DNA from: a phage
Sequence record: PZ445437.1
Direction: 5' to 3' (one strand)
DNA: 64,000 nt
Shown: positions 21,562-30,949 of the stretch, piece after piece
Numbering within the stretch: the first letter of the stretch is position 1
Layout of the letters: every line of letters starts with the position of its first letter
Notes under the pieces: generated by a model
What the model saw: the letters and a program-made list of their open reading frames with translations, nothing else
What the model was told of the DNA's origin: nothing
Databases searched by the model: none
Position numbers and translations under genes: made by a program

Positions 21562-22656
21562 ATGGCAATTGTTAAAGAAATAACTGCTGATTTAATTAAA
21601 AAGTCCGGTGAGAAAATTTCAGCCGGACAGAGTACTAAATCAGAAGTAGCAACTAAAACATACACTGCCCAGTTTCCAACTGGGCGTGCTAGTGGTAATG
21701 ACACTACAGGGGACTTCCAGGTAACAGATCTATATAAGAATGGATTATTATTTACTGCATACAATATGTCATCTAGGGATTCTGGAAGTCTTAGATCGAT
21801 GAGATCTAACTACTCTTCTTCATCTTCGAGTATTTTAAGTACAGCTAGAAACACTATTAGTAGTACAGTATCAAAACTATCAAATGGATTAATATCAAAC
21901 AATAATTCAGGAACAATAAGTAAAGCTCCTGTCGCAAACATTCTTTTACCGAGATCTAAATCTGACGTTGATACATCATCACATAGATTTAATGATGTTC
22001 AAGAAAGTCTTATCAGCAGAGGCGGAGGTACTGCTACTGGTGTGTTAAGTAATATTGCTTCAACTGCAGTATTTGGGGCACTGGAAAGTATAACACAAGG
22101 TATAATGGCTGATAATAATGAACAGATTTATACGACAGCTAGAAGTATGTATGGCGGTGCTGAGAATAGAACTAAAGTGTTTACATGGGATTTGACGCCA
22201 CGTTCAACAGAAGATTTAATGGCTATTATTAATATCTATCAATATTTTAACTATTTTTCTTATGGTGAAACGGGTAAATCTCAATATGCTGCTGAAATAA
22301 AGGGGTATTTAGATGATTGGTATCGTTCTACGTTAATTGAACCTTTATCTCCGGAAGACGCAGCTAAAAATAAAACACTATTTGAGAAAATGACATCGAG
22401 TTTAACTAACGTTCTAGTAGTTTCAAACCCGACAATTTGGATGGTGAAAAACTTTGGCGCAACATCTAAGTTTGATGGAAAAACGGAAATATTTGGCCCA
22501 TGCCAAATACAGAGCATCAGATTTGATAAAACGCCTAATGGTAACTTTAACGGATTAGCTATTGCTCCAAACCTCCCTAGTACATTTACTCTTGAGATTA
22601 CTATGAGAGAAATTATCACGTTAAACCGTGCTTCTTTATATGCGGGGACTTTTTAA
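21562..22656 (+). CDS. 48: baseplate tail tube cap gp48
   Basis: 364-aa ORF at T4 gene 48 position. Confidence 0.92.
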   Translation: MAIVKEITADLIKKSGEKISAGQSTKSEVATKTYTAQFPTGRASGNDTTGDFQVTDLYKNGLLFTAYNMSSRDSGSLRSMRSNYSSSSSSILSTARNTISSTVSKLSNGLISNNNSGTISKAPVANILLPRSKSDVDTSSHRFNDVQESLISRGGGTATGVLSNIASTAVFGALESITQGIMADNNEQIYTTARSMYGGAENRTKVFTWDLTPRSTEDLMAIINIYQYFNYFSYGETGKSQYAAEIKGYLDDWYRSTLIEPLSPEDAAKNKTLFEKMTSSLTNVLVVSNPTIWMVKNFGATSKFDGKTEIFGPCQIQSIRFDKTPNGNFNGLAIAPNLPSTFTLEITMREIITLNRASLYAGTF

Positions 22657-23621
22657 TGTATTCTTTAGAGGAATTTAATAATCAAGCAATAAACGCAGAT
22701 TTCCAACGTAATAATATGTTTAGCTGCGTTTTTGCGACAACTCCATCAACTAAAAGCTCTTCGTTGATAAGTTCAATTAGCAACTTTTCTTATAATAACT
22801 TGGGTCTAAATTCAGATTGGTTAGGATTGACTCAAGGCGATATTAATCAGGGAATTACCACACTAATTACCGCTGGCACACAAAAACTGATAAGAAAATC
22901 AGGGGTTAGTAAATATCTTATTGGTGCCATGAGTCAACGTACAGTTCAAAGTTTATTGGGCTCATTTACAGTTGGTACATATTTAATTGACTTCTTTAAC
23001 ATGGCATATAACTCATCTGGATTGATGATATATTCTGTAAAAATGCCAGAGAATAGATTATCCTATGAAACTGACTGGAACTATAATTCTCCTAATATTC
23101 GTATAACTGGGAGAGAATTAGACCCTTTGGTTATTTCATTTAGGATGGATTCAGAAGCTTGTAACTATCGTGCGATGCAAGACTGGGTTAACGCTGTTCA
23201 AGACCCAGTAACTGGATTGCGTGCTTTGCCACAAGATGTCGAGGCAGATATTCAGGTTAATCTTCATGCTCGTAATGGATTACCTCATACTGCGGTGATG
23301 TTCACTGGATGCATTCCAGTGTCAGTGAGCGCTCCTGAGTTATCATATGATGGAGATAACCAAATAACTACATTTGATGTTACTTTTGCGTATAGAGTCA
23401 TGCAGGCTGGGTCGGTTGATAGACAAGCTGCGCTTGAGTGGCTTGAATCTGCTGCTATAAATGGCATTCAAAGCGTTCTCGGAAATAGTGGAGGTGTTAC
23501 TGGATTATCTAATTCGCTTTCACGACTTAGTAGATTAGGGGGAACTGCTGGAAGCATTTCAAACATTAATACTATGACAGGAATTGTCAATTCGCAAAGT
23601 AAAATATTAGGAGCAATATAA
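22656..23621 (+). CDS. 54: baseplate tail tube initiator gp54
   Basis: 321-aa ORF at T4 gene 54 position. Confidence 0.92.
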   Translation: MYSLEEFNNQAINADFQRNNMFSCVFATTPSTKSSSLISSISNFSYNNLGLNSDWLGLTQGDINQGITTLITAGTQKLIRKSGVSKYLIGAMSQRTVQSLLGSFTVGTYLIDFFNMAYNSSGLMIYSVKMPENRLSYETDWNYNSPNIRITGRELDPLVISFRMDSEACNYRAMQDWVNAVQDPVTGLRALPQDVEADIQVNLHARNGLPHTAVMFTGCIPVSVSAPELSYDGDNQITTFDVTFAYRVMQAGSVDRQAALEWLESAAINGIQSVLGNSGGVTGLSNSLSRLSRLGGTAGSISNINTMTGIVNSQSKILGAI

Positions 23622-23625
23622 CAAT

Positions 23626-23655
23626 GGGGACCGAAAGGTCCCCATATTTTTATTT
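23626..23655 (+). terminator. rho-independent terminator after gene 54
   Basis: GGGGACC-GAAA-GGTCCCC hairpin + ATATTTTTATTT. Confidence 0.7.
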
Positions 23656-23940
23656 ACGGAATGAAATAAAAGCAGCAACTGAAGCAACTAAACTGTCTTC
23701 AATATAAACTTCAATTTTTACCGGAGCTTCTGACTCAAATTTACCTGTTACTACACCTTGGAAAATGCTTTCAGTCTGTTCTGGCTTTGAAAAATTTTCA
23801 GAAGGAAAAATTCCGAACTTTTTATCTGTTCCAAAAATTTTGATAAATTCATCATAAACTGCTTCATTAAAAGCGTTATCAGCAGGAATAACGCCTTCAA
23901 CTACAAGTTCTTGACCTAAAAAGCGTAAAGAAGATTTCAT
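23650..23940 (-). CDS. hypothetical protein (T4 alt.-3 position)
   Basis: 96-aa ORF with ATG and GAGGA SD, downstream of the Alt genes. Confidence 0.75.
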   Translation of the reverse strand: MKSSLRFLGQELVVEGVIPADNAFNEAVYDEFIKIFGTDKKFGIFPSENFSKPEQTESIFQGVVTGKFESEAPVKIEVYIEDSLVASVAAFISFRK

Positions 23941-23971
23941 TTTATGTTCCTCATGTTATGTCAGTAAGATT

Positions 23972-24000
23972 ATTATAACACAACACGAGGGACTTGTAAA
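23972..24000 (-). promoter_or_regulatory. sigma70-type early promoter (TTTACA-17-TATAAT) for the alt.-3-position gene
   Basis: minus strand GTTTACA agtccctcgtgttgtgt TATAAT; 54-bp cassette duplicated at 39254-39307. Confidence 0.65.
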
Positions 24001-26058
24001 CTACATCTTGAACTTTTTAGACATTCCGTTGATGTTAACCAAAGAAGCCAAGATTTGAGAAACTTCGTTTTCCTCTTCTTTTGATTCTTCTACAAGGAAT
24101 TGATTAAACCCGGCCATTGGACGAACTTCGCCAGTTTCCATTAGATGATCGCCATCATATACCGATTCTTCTAATTGTTCAGAAGGAGGAACGATTGTGC
24201 CTTCGATTAGATACTTGTTATAAGCAGTTTCTTTCATCATGTACGTGCTTACTTTATTAATCTTCAACAAAATTCCACGCGGTAGAATAACTTCAGCTTC
24301 TGATGGAAATCCTGATAAATGACCTGGAACGATAACTTTGATTCGCTCAGCTCCTTTAATTACCATACCCACGCTAGTTTCAGCATCTTCATTAGCATAT
24401 GTAGAATGACTACCCATATGCATCAAATCTTCTGCATCAACAGAACCTTCTCCTTCGCCAGAAAATACTGCACCGGAATCATCTAGAGCCATATAGTTTT
24501 TACCATGCTCACCGAAGATATTTGGTTTAAGTGATGTCGATACGAAGTTCTTGAAATAGAACATTTTATTTTCAATATTGTGACGCAAAGTTTTAAAGGT
24601 AACTTCTTGTCCACGGTAAAGTGTAGTTCCTGGAGGAAGAACTGAACCTTTAGCGAATGCAGAATCCAGCGTCTCAATATGTTTAATAGCTCGTTCCATA
24701 TATTCTTCACGGGTAGAATCTGGTTTACCCAAAAGGAACGAGTTCATTTCAACATATGAATCTGCGCAATAATCTTCAATTACGTCAGATTCAGCCTGAG
24801 TTAATCCTTTTGGAGTTACTTCAGTACTTGCATATTCATATGCCTGAGCGGCAGATTCATTAATCAATTTATAAATGCCATTCATGACAAATTGAATAAT
24901 AGCTGTCTTTTCATCTGGCGTAGCTTTAGAACCTTTAACTAAATCATTGATAATTTTCTTAATAACATCAAAACTATTAGAAATATTAATATCAGCAAGA
25001 TCGCTTAAAATTTTATCAGTTTTATAATCAAAGAATTCTTTATTCTTTAAATATTCTTGAGAACCTTGATATGATGTATCGCTCTGCAACTTGATAGATG
25101 GATCACGTAAACGCGCATGGGCTAATGCAATATGATTTCGGAAGTTTTCTAGTTCATAATCGTTAGATTTAAAACGAGAAGCACTTCTCATACCACCGAT
25201 AGCTCCTTTGCCGAAGTTTGAACCAATCTGAATAACGCCAGAGTTCATTGGTCCTTCTGCTTTATATACCGGAACTTTGGATTCAAACTCTTGATATTTC
25301 TTAGCAGCGAAGCTATCACCCTGAAGTGAAGCATCAACAGTAGAATATTGAGCTTGTGCTGCTAATCGACGACTAATTTTAGTTTTCTGAATAACAGCTT
25401 GATCCGTGCGCTTATCATTTTCCAAAGCAATAGAAGCAGCAACTGCGACAGCTTTAGGAACAGCATTACCTGTTTTAACGTCTACATAAACATCACCAAC
25501 CTTTGATTCAACTTTTGTGAATAACTCAGTTGAAATAGGAGGTACACCTGGAATGTCTTCTAAATTGGCATTTTTACGGTAAACCATAATATATGCATAT
25601 TTCTTATCATAGTCCCAGATTTCCTTTAAAAGAACATATCGACCTGCTCCTTTAGTACGTACTAAACGGTCAGCAATAACTTGCATTTGACGAGCAGCGC
25701 CATTTGTTTTACTCTTTAGTACGCGGAATAAGCATGCATCAATTTTATACTGTTTCATTGTTTGAAGAGCAGTATCAAAAACAGCATTAATGACGCCAAT
25801 TGGATTTCCACCCAAGTTTTTAAGCTTAACTAATGATAGTTTCTCATTAACACCTATCATTACGATATGCATCATTTTGTCGCCTGGCTTAACGTTTTTA
25901 TTCGTATCACCGCCAGAGGTGTATGTACAAAATCTAAATCCAGGAAGCACGCTTTCTTCACCGGCTTGAATAGCAAAAATTTGTGGTATTTTATGCTTAG
26001 GATTTAAGTTAACAACCGGCGCCGAAGCGCCGTCAAATAATTCTGTAATAAGTTCCAT
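24001..26058 (-). CDS. Alt-like ADP-ribosyltransferase, second paralog (packaged internal protein type)
   Basis: 685-aa ORF; N-terminus MELITELFD...NLNPKHKIPQIF near-identical to Alt; C-terminal R (LYRGQ), FVSTSL and EAEVILPRG motifs. Confidence 0.85.
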   Translation of the reverse strand: MELITELFDGASAPVVNLNPKHKIPQIFAIQAGEESVLPGFRFCTYTSGGDTNKNVKPGDKMMHIVMIGVNEKLSLVKLKNLGGNPIGVINAVFDTALQTMKQYKIDACLFRVLKSKTNGAARQMQVIADRLVRTKGAGRYVLLKEIWDYDKKYAYIMVYRKNANLEDIPGVPPISTELFTKVESKVGDVYVDVKTGNAVPKAVAVAASIALENDKRTDQAVIQKTKISRRLAAQAQYSTVDASLQGDSFAAKKYQEFESKVPVYKAEGPMNSGVIQIGSNFGKGAIGGMRSASRFKSNDYELENFRNHIALAHARLRDPSIKLQSDTSYQGSQEYLKNKEFFDYKTDKILSDLADINISNSFDVIKKIINDLVKGSKATPDEKTAIIQFVMNGIYKLINESAAQAYEYASTEVTPKGLTQAESDVIEDYCADSYVEMNSFLLGKPDSTREEYMERAIKHIETLDSAFAKGSVLPPGTTLYRGQEVTFKTLRHNIENKMFYFKNFVSTSLKPNIFGEHGKNYMALDDSGAVFSGEGEGSVDAEDLMHMGSHSTYANEDAETSVGMVIKGAERIKVIVPGHLSGFPSEAEVILPRGILLKINKVSTYMMKETAYNKYLIEGTIVPPSEQLEESVYDGDHLMETGEVRPMAGFNQFLVEESKEEENEVSQILASLVNINGMSKKFKM

Positions 26059-26061
26059 GAT

Positions 26062-28158
26062 TTATCCTTGAACGAACTTGTAAGGCATGTTTGTAATATC
26101 TATGCAAGACGCAATAATTCCAAGAGATGATTCTACTTTCTGTTTAACGTTTGATGAAACAAATGATGCAAAGTCAACTCTGTCTTCTATTTCAATATCA
26201 CCTGTCATTGCAACTACTTCGCCGGTTTCCATTAAATGGTCTCCATCATAGATTACCGATTCGGTGAGCTCTTCCGTGGTCATAACTTCAGCTTGAATGA
26301 GTTTTGTATTATTAGACGTGGTTCCGTCATTATTAGAAGCATCAGTTATTTTATTAACTTTGACCATCAATCCGCGCGGTAGAATAACTTCAGCTTCTGT
26401 TGCTATTCCGAGACTTCCTGGATATACAACATTAACTTTATGAGCTCCATCAATTGCCCATCCTATTTGAACTTTAACGTATTCAGGATTTTCTTTATAC
26501 GCTCTTATTTCGTTTGGATTAATAGTTATTCCTTCTTCATTTTTATCAACTGTCAATTCATTACGAGCTTCTGGTTCTAAAAGACCAATACCAGCATGTG
26601 TAATTCCAAAACGTCCAAAAATGATAGGAGTTAAAGAAGTAGATACAAAATTTCTGAAATAGAACACTTTATTTTTAACTAGTGCTTCGTATATAGGAGC
26701 AGTCATACTTTGAGCACGATAAACTGTGATGCCTTCCGGTATGCGGTCACCATTTTCAAAAGCTGAATCTAAGTTATTTATAGCAGATTCAATTTCTTTT
26801 TCACTCATTACATCATATCGTTCTGGATTGTAACGACCTAAAAGAAGATTATTGATGTCAGTATATCCTGAACCACAATATTCTCTAATGCCACGCTTTT
26901 GTGATGGAGTATATTTAGAACCATCGCGGGCAATAGTAATATCAATCATTGGACCAGCACCAATTCCAGAAAAACTGTAAATCATTCGTTTGAGGAATTT
27001 AGTTTTTGCTGCGTTCCAGGAATTTTTAGTTATTTCTTCCCAGACTTCATCTGGTTGTCCTTTACGATTTTTATTATGATTAGCAAGCCATTTATCTTTA
27101 TAATCTTCAAAGAATTGATTTACAGCTGCTGCGTATTTCTCTAAACATTTTATTGAAGTAGTTGGTTCATTTTTAATTGCATTAAAAATTACTTCTTTAA
27201 TTTTTTCTGAAACTTCACCGACTTGACTCATTGGAAAGAATTTATAATCATAGTGAAGTTCATCTGCCGTTCCTTCAGCAATAATTTTTGCTGCCTTTGT
27301 TTTAGAAGCTAATGAATTAATTCCAATTTTCATTTCTTCTGCTTCGGGAATTAAAGGTGCAGTAGCAGGTTTATTGAAATTAGCTGCGGTAGATTCATAC
27401 TTCTGGAATAATTCACTTTCAAATCTAGAAGATTCCAATGATTGACTTTGCGCAATTGCTCTACGGGAAATTTTAACTTTAACGATTACAGCTTGGTCAG
27501 AACGTTTATCATTTTCTTGTGCAATAGATGCTGCAATTGCCTCATTTTTAGTTACTTGAGCTCCAGTATCTTTATTGATATAAACATCGCCGACTTTCGA
27601 TTCAACTTTAGTAAAGAGCTCGGTACTAATTTCCGGAACTCCTGGAATGTCTTCTAGTGATACATTTTTGCGATGTATAAGAATATATGCATACTTTTTA
27701 TCATAATCCCAGAGTTCCTTAAGAAGGACGTATCTGCCACCTGAACGACTACGGATAAGTCTATCAGCAATAACTTGAATTTGTCGAGCTTGACCAGCGG
27801 TTTTAGACTTAAGAATACGAAGCATACAAGCATCAATTTTATACTGACGCATTGTTTGCATTGCAACAGTAAAAACTGAATTGATATAATTAATTGGGCT
27901 TGGACCGAGACCTTTTAATTTAGCAATTGAACCTTTGGCAGTTAATGTAAAAGGAACAATATGCATCATTTTATCGCCCATCTTTAAATCGCGATTAGTA
28001 TCACCTCCAGATGTATAGGTGCATAAACGAAAGCCTGGTTGTTCAATTGCATCATCAACACGAACTGAAAAAATTTGCGGTATTTTCTTCTTTGGATTTA
28101 AGTTTGTAATCGGAAGAGTAGTATCTTCGTCAAATAATTCTGTAATAAGTTCCATCAT
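26062..28158 (-). CDS. alt: Alt ADP-ribosyltransferase
   Basis: 698-aa ORF MMELITELFDEDTTLPITNLNPKKKIPQIFSV... recognised as T4 Alt; R (VYRAQ), FVSTSL, EAEVILPRG motifs. Confidence 0.93.
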   Translation of the reverse strand: MMELITELFDEDTTLPITNLNPKKKIPQIFSVRVDDAIEQPGFRLCTYTSGGDTNRDLKMGDKMMHIVPFTLTAKGSIAKLKGLGPSPINYINSVFTVAMQTMRQYKIDACMLRILKSKTAGQARQIQVIADRLIRSRSGGRYVLLKELWDYDKKYAYILIHRKNVSLEDIPGVPEISTELFTKVESKVGDVYINKDTGAQVTKNEAIAASIAQENDKRSDQAVIVKVKISRRAIAQSQSLESSRFESELFQKYESTAANFNKPATAPLIPEAEEMKIGINSLASKTKAAKIIAEGTADELHYDYKFFPMSQVGEVSEKIKEVIFNAIKNEPTTSIKCLEKYAAAVNQFFEDYKDKWLANHNKNRKGQPDEVWEEITKNSWNAAKTKFLKRMIYSFSGIGAGPMIDITIARDGSKYTPSQKRGIREYCGSGYTDINNLLLGRYNPERYDVMSEKEIESAINNLDSAFENGDRIPEGITVYRAQSMTAPIYEALVKNKVFYFRNFVSTSLTPIIFGRFGITHAGIGLLEPEARNELTVDKNEEGITINPNEIRAYKENPEYVKVQIGWAIDGAHKVNVVYPGSLGIATEAEVILPRGLMVKVNKITDASNNDGTTSNNTKLIQAEVMTTEELTESVIYDGDHLMETGEVVAMTGDIEIEDRVDFASFVSSNVKQKVESSLGIIASCIDITNMPYKFVQG

Positions 28159-28178
28159 AGCCTCTCTAGTGTTTATTC

Positions 28179-28186
28179 TATTTATA
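28179..28186 (-). promoter_or_regulatory. late promoter TATAAATA (minus strand) for alt
   Basis: plus TATTTATA; ~20 nt upstream of alt ATG. Confidence 0.6.
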
Positions 28187-28191
28187 AAATT

Positions 28192-28209
28192 AAAGGCCCG
28201 AAGGCCTTT
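28192..28209 (-). terminator. hairpin between ligase-proximal ORF and alt (candidate early-transcript terminator)
   Basis: AAAGGCC-CGAA-GGCCTTT stem-loop; weak U-tract on minus strand. Confidence 0.35.
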
Positions 28210-28396
28210 AATAATCTATTGGTAAGAGAGTACGATATATTTCAAACTTTGGACCTTTTTCATAAGCATCAAAAGTTTCTGTGAATTTATTATAAGCATA
28301 TGCATCTATAAATTCAATCATGATTTGTGATACAGAAGTAGAAACATCTCCACCTTCTTTTTGAGCCACGACAATTGTTTCTAAGTAAGCTTTCAT
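28208..28396 (-). CDS. hypothetical small protein between DNA ligase and alt
   Basis: 62-aa ORF, ATG overlapping ligase stop (ATGA). Confidence 0.6.
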   Translation of the reverse strand: MKAYLETIVVAQKEGGDVSTSVSQIMIEFIDAYAYNKFTETFDAYEKGPKFEIYRTLLPIDY

Positions 28397-29856
28397 AGAC
28401 CAGTTACCTCATGAAAATCACCAAATACATCTTCGAATGTATTAGCTTTAGTTTTATCTTCACGTAAACGAATCGCAATCGGAAGAAATAATTTAACGTA
28501 ATCAGTGCGGCCATCGGATTTTAACCAACCGTTGCATTCGCACTCTAGAATTTTTCCAATATAATAATTTTGGTTTTCCATAATGCGAGTACGGTCAAGT
28601 TCATGTGATTTTACGCCGGCTTTATCTTTTAAGCCTGAACCGGCATTTACCTTAATTTTTCCACACTCTGACTCAAGAATAAATCCACCTGCTTTAGTAG
28701 GGTCTTTACGGTGAGGATAAATTCCTACAATTTTTAAATCAACATCAATTACTTCTTTAAATTTATAGAGATTTTTTGAACGAGCATTTTCCCATAATCC
28801 ATCGATATTTTTGAGAATAATACCTTCAAGACCTTGGTCAATATACTTTTTATAAATTACCTTAGCTTCATCTAGGTTATTTACTACTTGGTTTTCAATT
28901 AAAATTACTTTATCATATCCTGATGTCATTTGTTCTAATTTAGAAAAACGTACATCATATTTTAAACGAAATGCTGGAAGACCGTATATTTCTACCAACG
29001 GAACATAATCCCAGACCTGAAACTTCATGCATTGAGCTTCTTTTTCTGAAATAGTTCCCTTTAAAGATTTATTAGCGATTCCATTAGAAGTAGTACGTGA
29101 TTCAGCTACTTCAGCAAACTCTTTAGCTTTACTAATTTCAGGATAAGCATCAAAAAGAAAATCTAGGCCTTCTGGCTCCTTTTTAACTTGCTCATGGTAT
29201 ACCAATTCGCCATCAATTAACACACCTTCTGGATGAATCTGGCGGGCTTCAGCGGTCATTTTGATTAACTCTTCCTTAAGAAGATCTAATCCTAGATATT
29301 CATTACCAGCTCGTGATAAAAGACGGACATCATCTAATTCATCACCTCTAACTTCAGCAAAACACCGAGCTCCATCTGCTTTTAATTGTGCAAAGGCTGG
29401 AAATTTGATATTCTTACTAATGCCTTTTTCATCATAAGAACTTGCGAGCATTTGAGGTTGTTCAGGAATTAAACCTGGCCAAACTTTGTTTGCAATAGAT
29501 ACTGAAGCACCACATTCAAGGTCTCGCATCATCACTCGACGCAAAACTTCAACATCATCTTTTTTACCATCAGTGATATATCCAGTTAATTCCTCAATTG
29601 CCGCATTTCCAGTCAATTTCCGAGTAGCTAACGTGAATTCAATGAAGTCAAGCATATCGGTAAGAGTCAACATTCCAAAACTCTGGGTAGCAATACCAGA
29701 TTTAGGCCATTTCTTGATATAATACTGCAACCCACGAGAATAAGTCAGACGATATACTCGTTTAAGCAATTCATTATCTTTATTCTTTTCAAGAATTGCT
29801 TGCTTCTGCTTAGTTGAACCAATAGATGCTATTTCGTTCAGAATTTTAAGAATCAT
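28393..29856 (-). CDS. 30: ATP-dependent DNA ligase gp30
   Basis: 487-aa ORF recognised as T4 DNA ligase (MILKILNEIASIGSTKQKQAILEKNKDNELLKRVYRL...; KADGAR adenylation motif). Confidence 0.97.
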   Translation of the reverse strand: MILKILNEIASIGSTKQKQAILEKNKDNELLKRVYRLTYSRGLQYYIKKWPKSGIATQSFGMLTLTDMLDFIEFTLATRKLTGNAAIEELTGYITDGKKDDVEVLRRVMMRDLECGASVSIANKVWPGLIPEQPQMLASSYDEKGISKNIKFPAFAQLKADGARCFAEVRGDELDDVRLLSRAGNEYLGLDLLKEELIKMTAEARQIHPEGVLIDGELVYHEQVKKEPEGLDFLFDAYPEISKAKEFAEVAESRTTSNGIANKSLKGTISEKEAQCMKFQVWDYVPLVEIYGLPAFRLKYDVRFSKLEQMTSGYDKVILIENQVVNNLDEAKVIYKKYIDQGLEGIILKNIDGLWENARSKNLYKFKEVIDVDLKIVGIYPHRKDPTKAGGFILESECGKIKVNAGSGLKDKAGVKSHELDRTRIMENQNYYIGKILECECNGWLKSDGRTDYVKLFLPIAIRLREDKTKANTFEDVFGDFHEVTGL

Positions 29857-30122
29857 TGTTCATCCTTTAGAGTTTGGTTTACAGCTCTATTATAAATCAA
29901 TTCATCATTAAGCTCAGTCAAAGACCTATGGTACGTGGTTCTAACTTTATTTCCTTGCATCCAGTGTTTGACGTAAATGAAACCTTGCTCTACACATTTT
30001 TTAAAAATTCGTTCGTCTTTTTGAGCTCGGAATTCTGGATTGCATCTAAAAAATTGATTTACGTGACCGTAATCACGTGTAGTATTACCTTCATTTTCAT
30101 AAATAGTGTGAACAACAAACAT
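29853..30122 (-). CDS. hypothetical protein (T4 30.1 position)
   Basis: 89-aa ORF, ATGA overlap with ligase start region. Confidence 0.7.
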   Translation of the reverse strand: MFVVHTIYENEGNTTRDYGHVNQFFRCNPEFRAQKDERIFKKCVEQGFIYVKHWMQGNKVRTTYHRSLTELNDELIYNRAVNQTLKDEQ

Positions 30123-30949
30123 TAGAATGCTCCTTGGAAAATATTATCACCACTAGTAGGTCTATTATACAAATACTCTATGCCACCAGGTTTAATATAG
30201 TTCCATGTCTGAAACGGATGTGTCTGATATGGATTATAAGGATTAAATCCAGGAGTTCTCCAGGTAGTGTTCCAACGAAAAGAATCATTTTTAATCATCT
30301 TTTCAATTACATCTTTTATAGCTTTTTCACTATCAAAACTTTCTTTATTTTCCTTTGGTGAAAAAAGCTTATTCTCTACATCGTTCCATGTATAAACTCG
30401 CTGAGCGGTTTTTGGAATACTGTCACGTTCCCCTCGAGCCATCCAATACACAGGAACACGTAATATTTCACTCGCATGATCGCAGTGGTGAGCGAGATCG
30501 TCAATATAACAAATTACGTTATATTTCTCTTTTGCCTTTTTGAACAACTCTTCTTTTGAAGAATCATGACCACACATCATTACTTCTGAGAAGGCACCAG
30601 GAAAAAGAGCATTCAAATTAAATTGACGATTCAGCAGAGCGTCAATAGAATCACCCAATGCTGTAACAGCTACAAAATTATAATCTTCTTTTAATTTGTT
30701 AATTACACACAGGGCATCTTTATATGGAGACAAGTAACGAATAAAATCTGAACGATTGTATTTTTCAATTAGCTTAACGCCAAGCTCTTCATCGCAATTA
30801 AATAGTTTACCTGGAGAGATAAATTTCTCATCTTGGATCATTTTTAAAATATGTTCCAACGGAAGATTATATTTCTGAGCAAAATAAGGAAGACCTGATT
30901 GCCAGCTTAAACATACTCCATCAATATCAGTTAAAATAGTAGGCTTCAT
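30122..30949 (-). CDS. HAD-superfamily hydrolase-like protein (T4 30.2 position)
   Basis: 275-aa ORF; N-terminal LTDIDGV (HAD motif I DxDG[TV]) and later ICYIDDL (motif IV). Confidence 0.75.
   Translation of the reverse strand: MKPTILTDIDGVCLSWQSGLPYFAQKYNLPLEHILKMIQDEKFISPGKLFNCDEELGVKLIEKYNRSDFIRYLSPYKDALCVINKLKEDYNFVAVTALGDSIDALLNRQFNLNALFPGAFSEVMMCGHDSSKEELFKKAKEKYNVICYIDDLAHHCDHASEILRVPVYWMARGERDSIPKTAQRVYTWNDVENKLFSPKENKESFDSEKAIKDVIEKMIKNDSFRWNTTWRTPGFNPYNPYQTHPFQTWNYIKPGGIEYLYNRPTSGDNIFQGAF

Noticed and set aside
24001-28158. Possibility that the two Alt genes are an assembly duplication
   Set aside because: The two ORFs differ in length (685 vs 698 aa) and diverge extensively in the central region while keeping the motifs, which fits true paralogs
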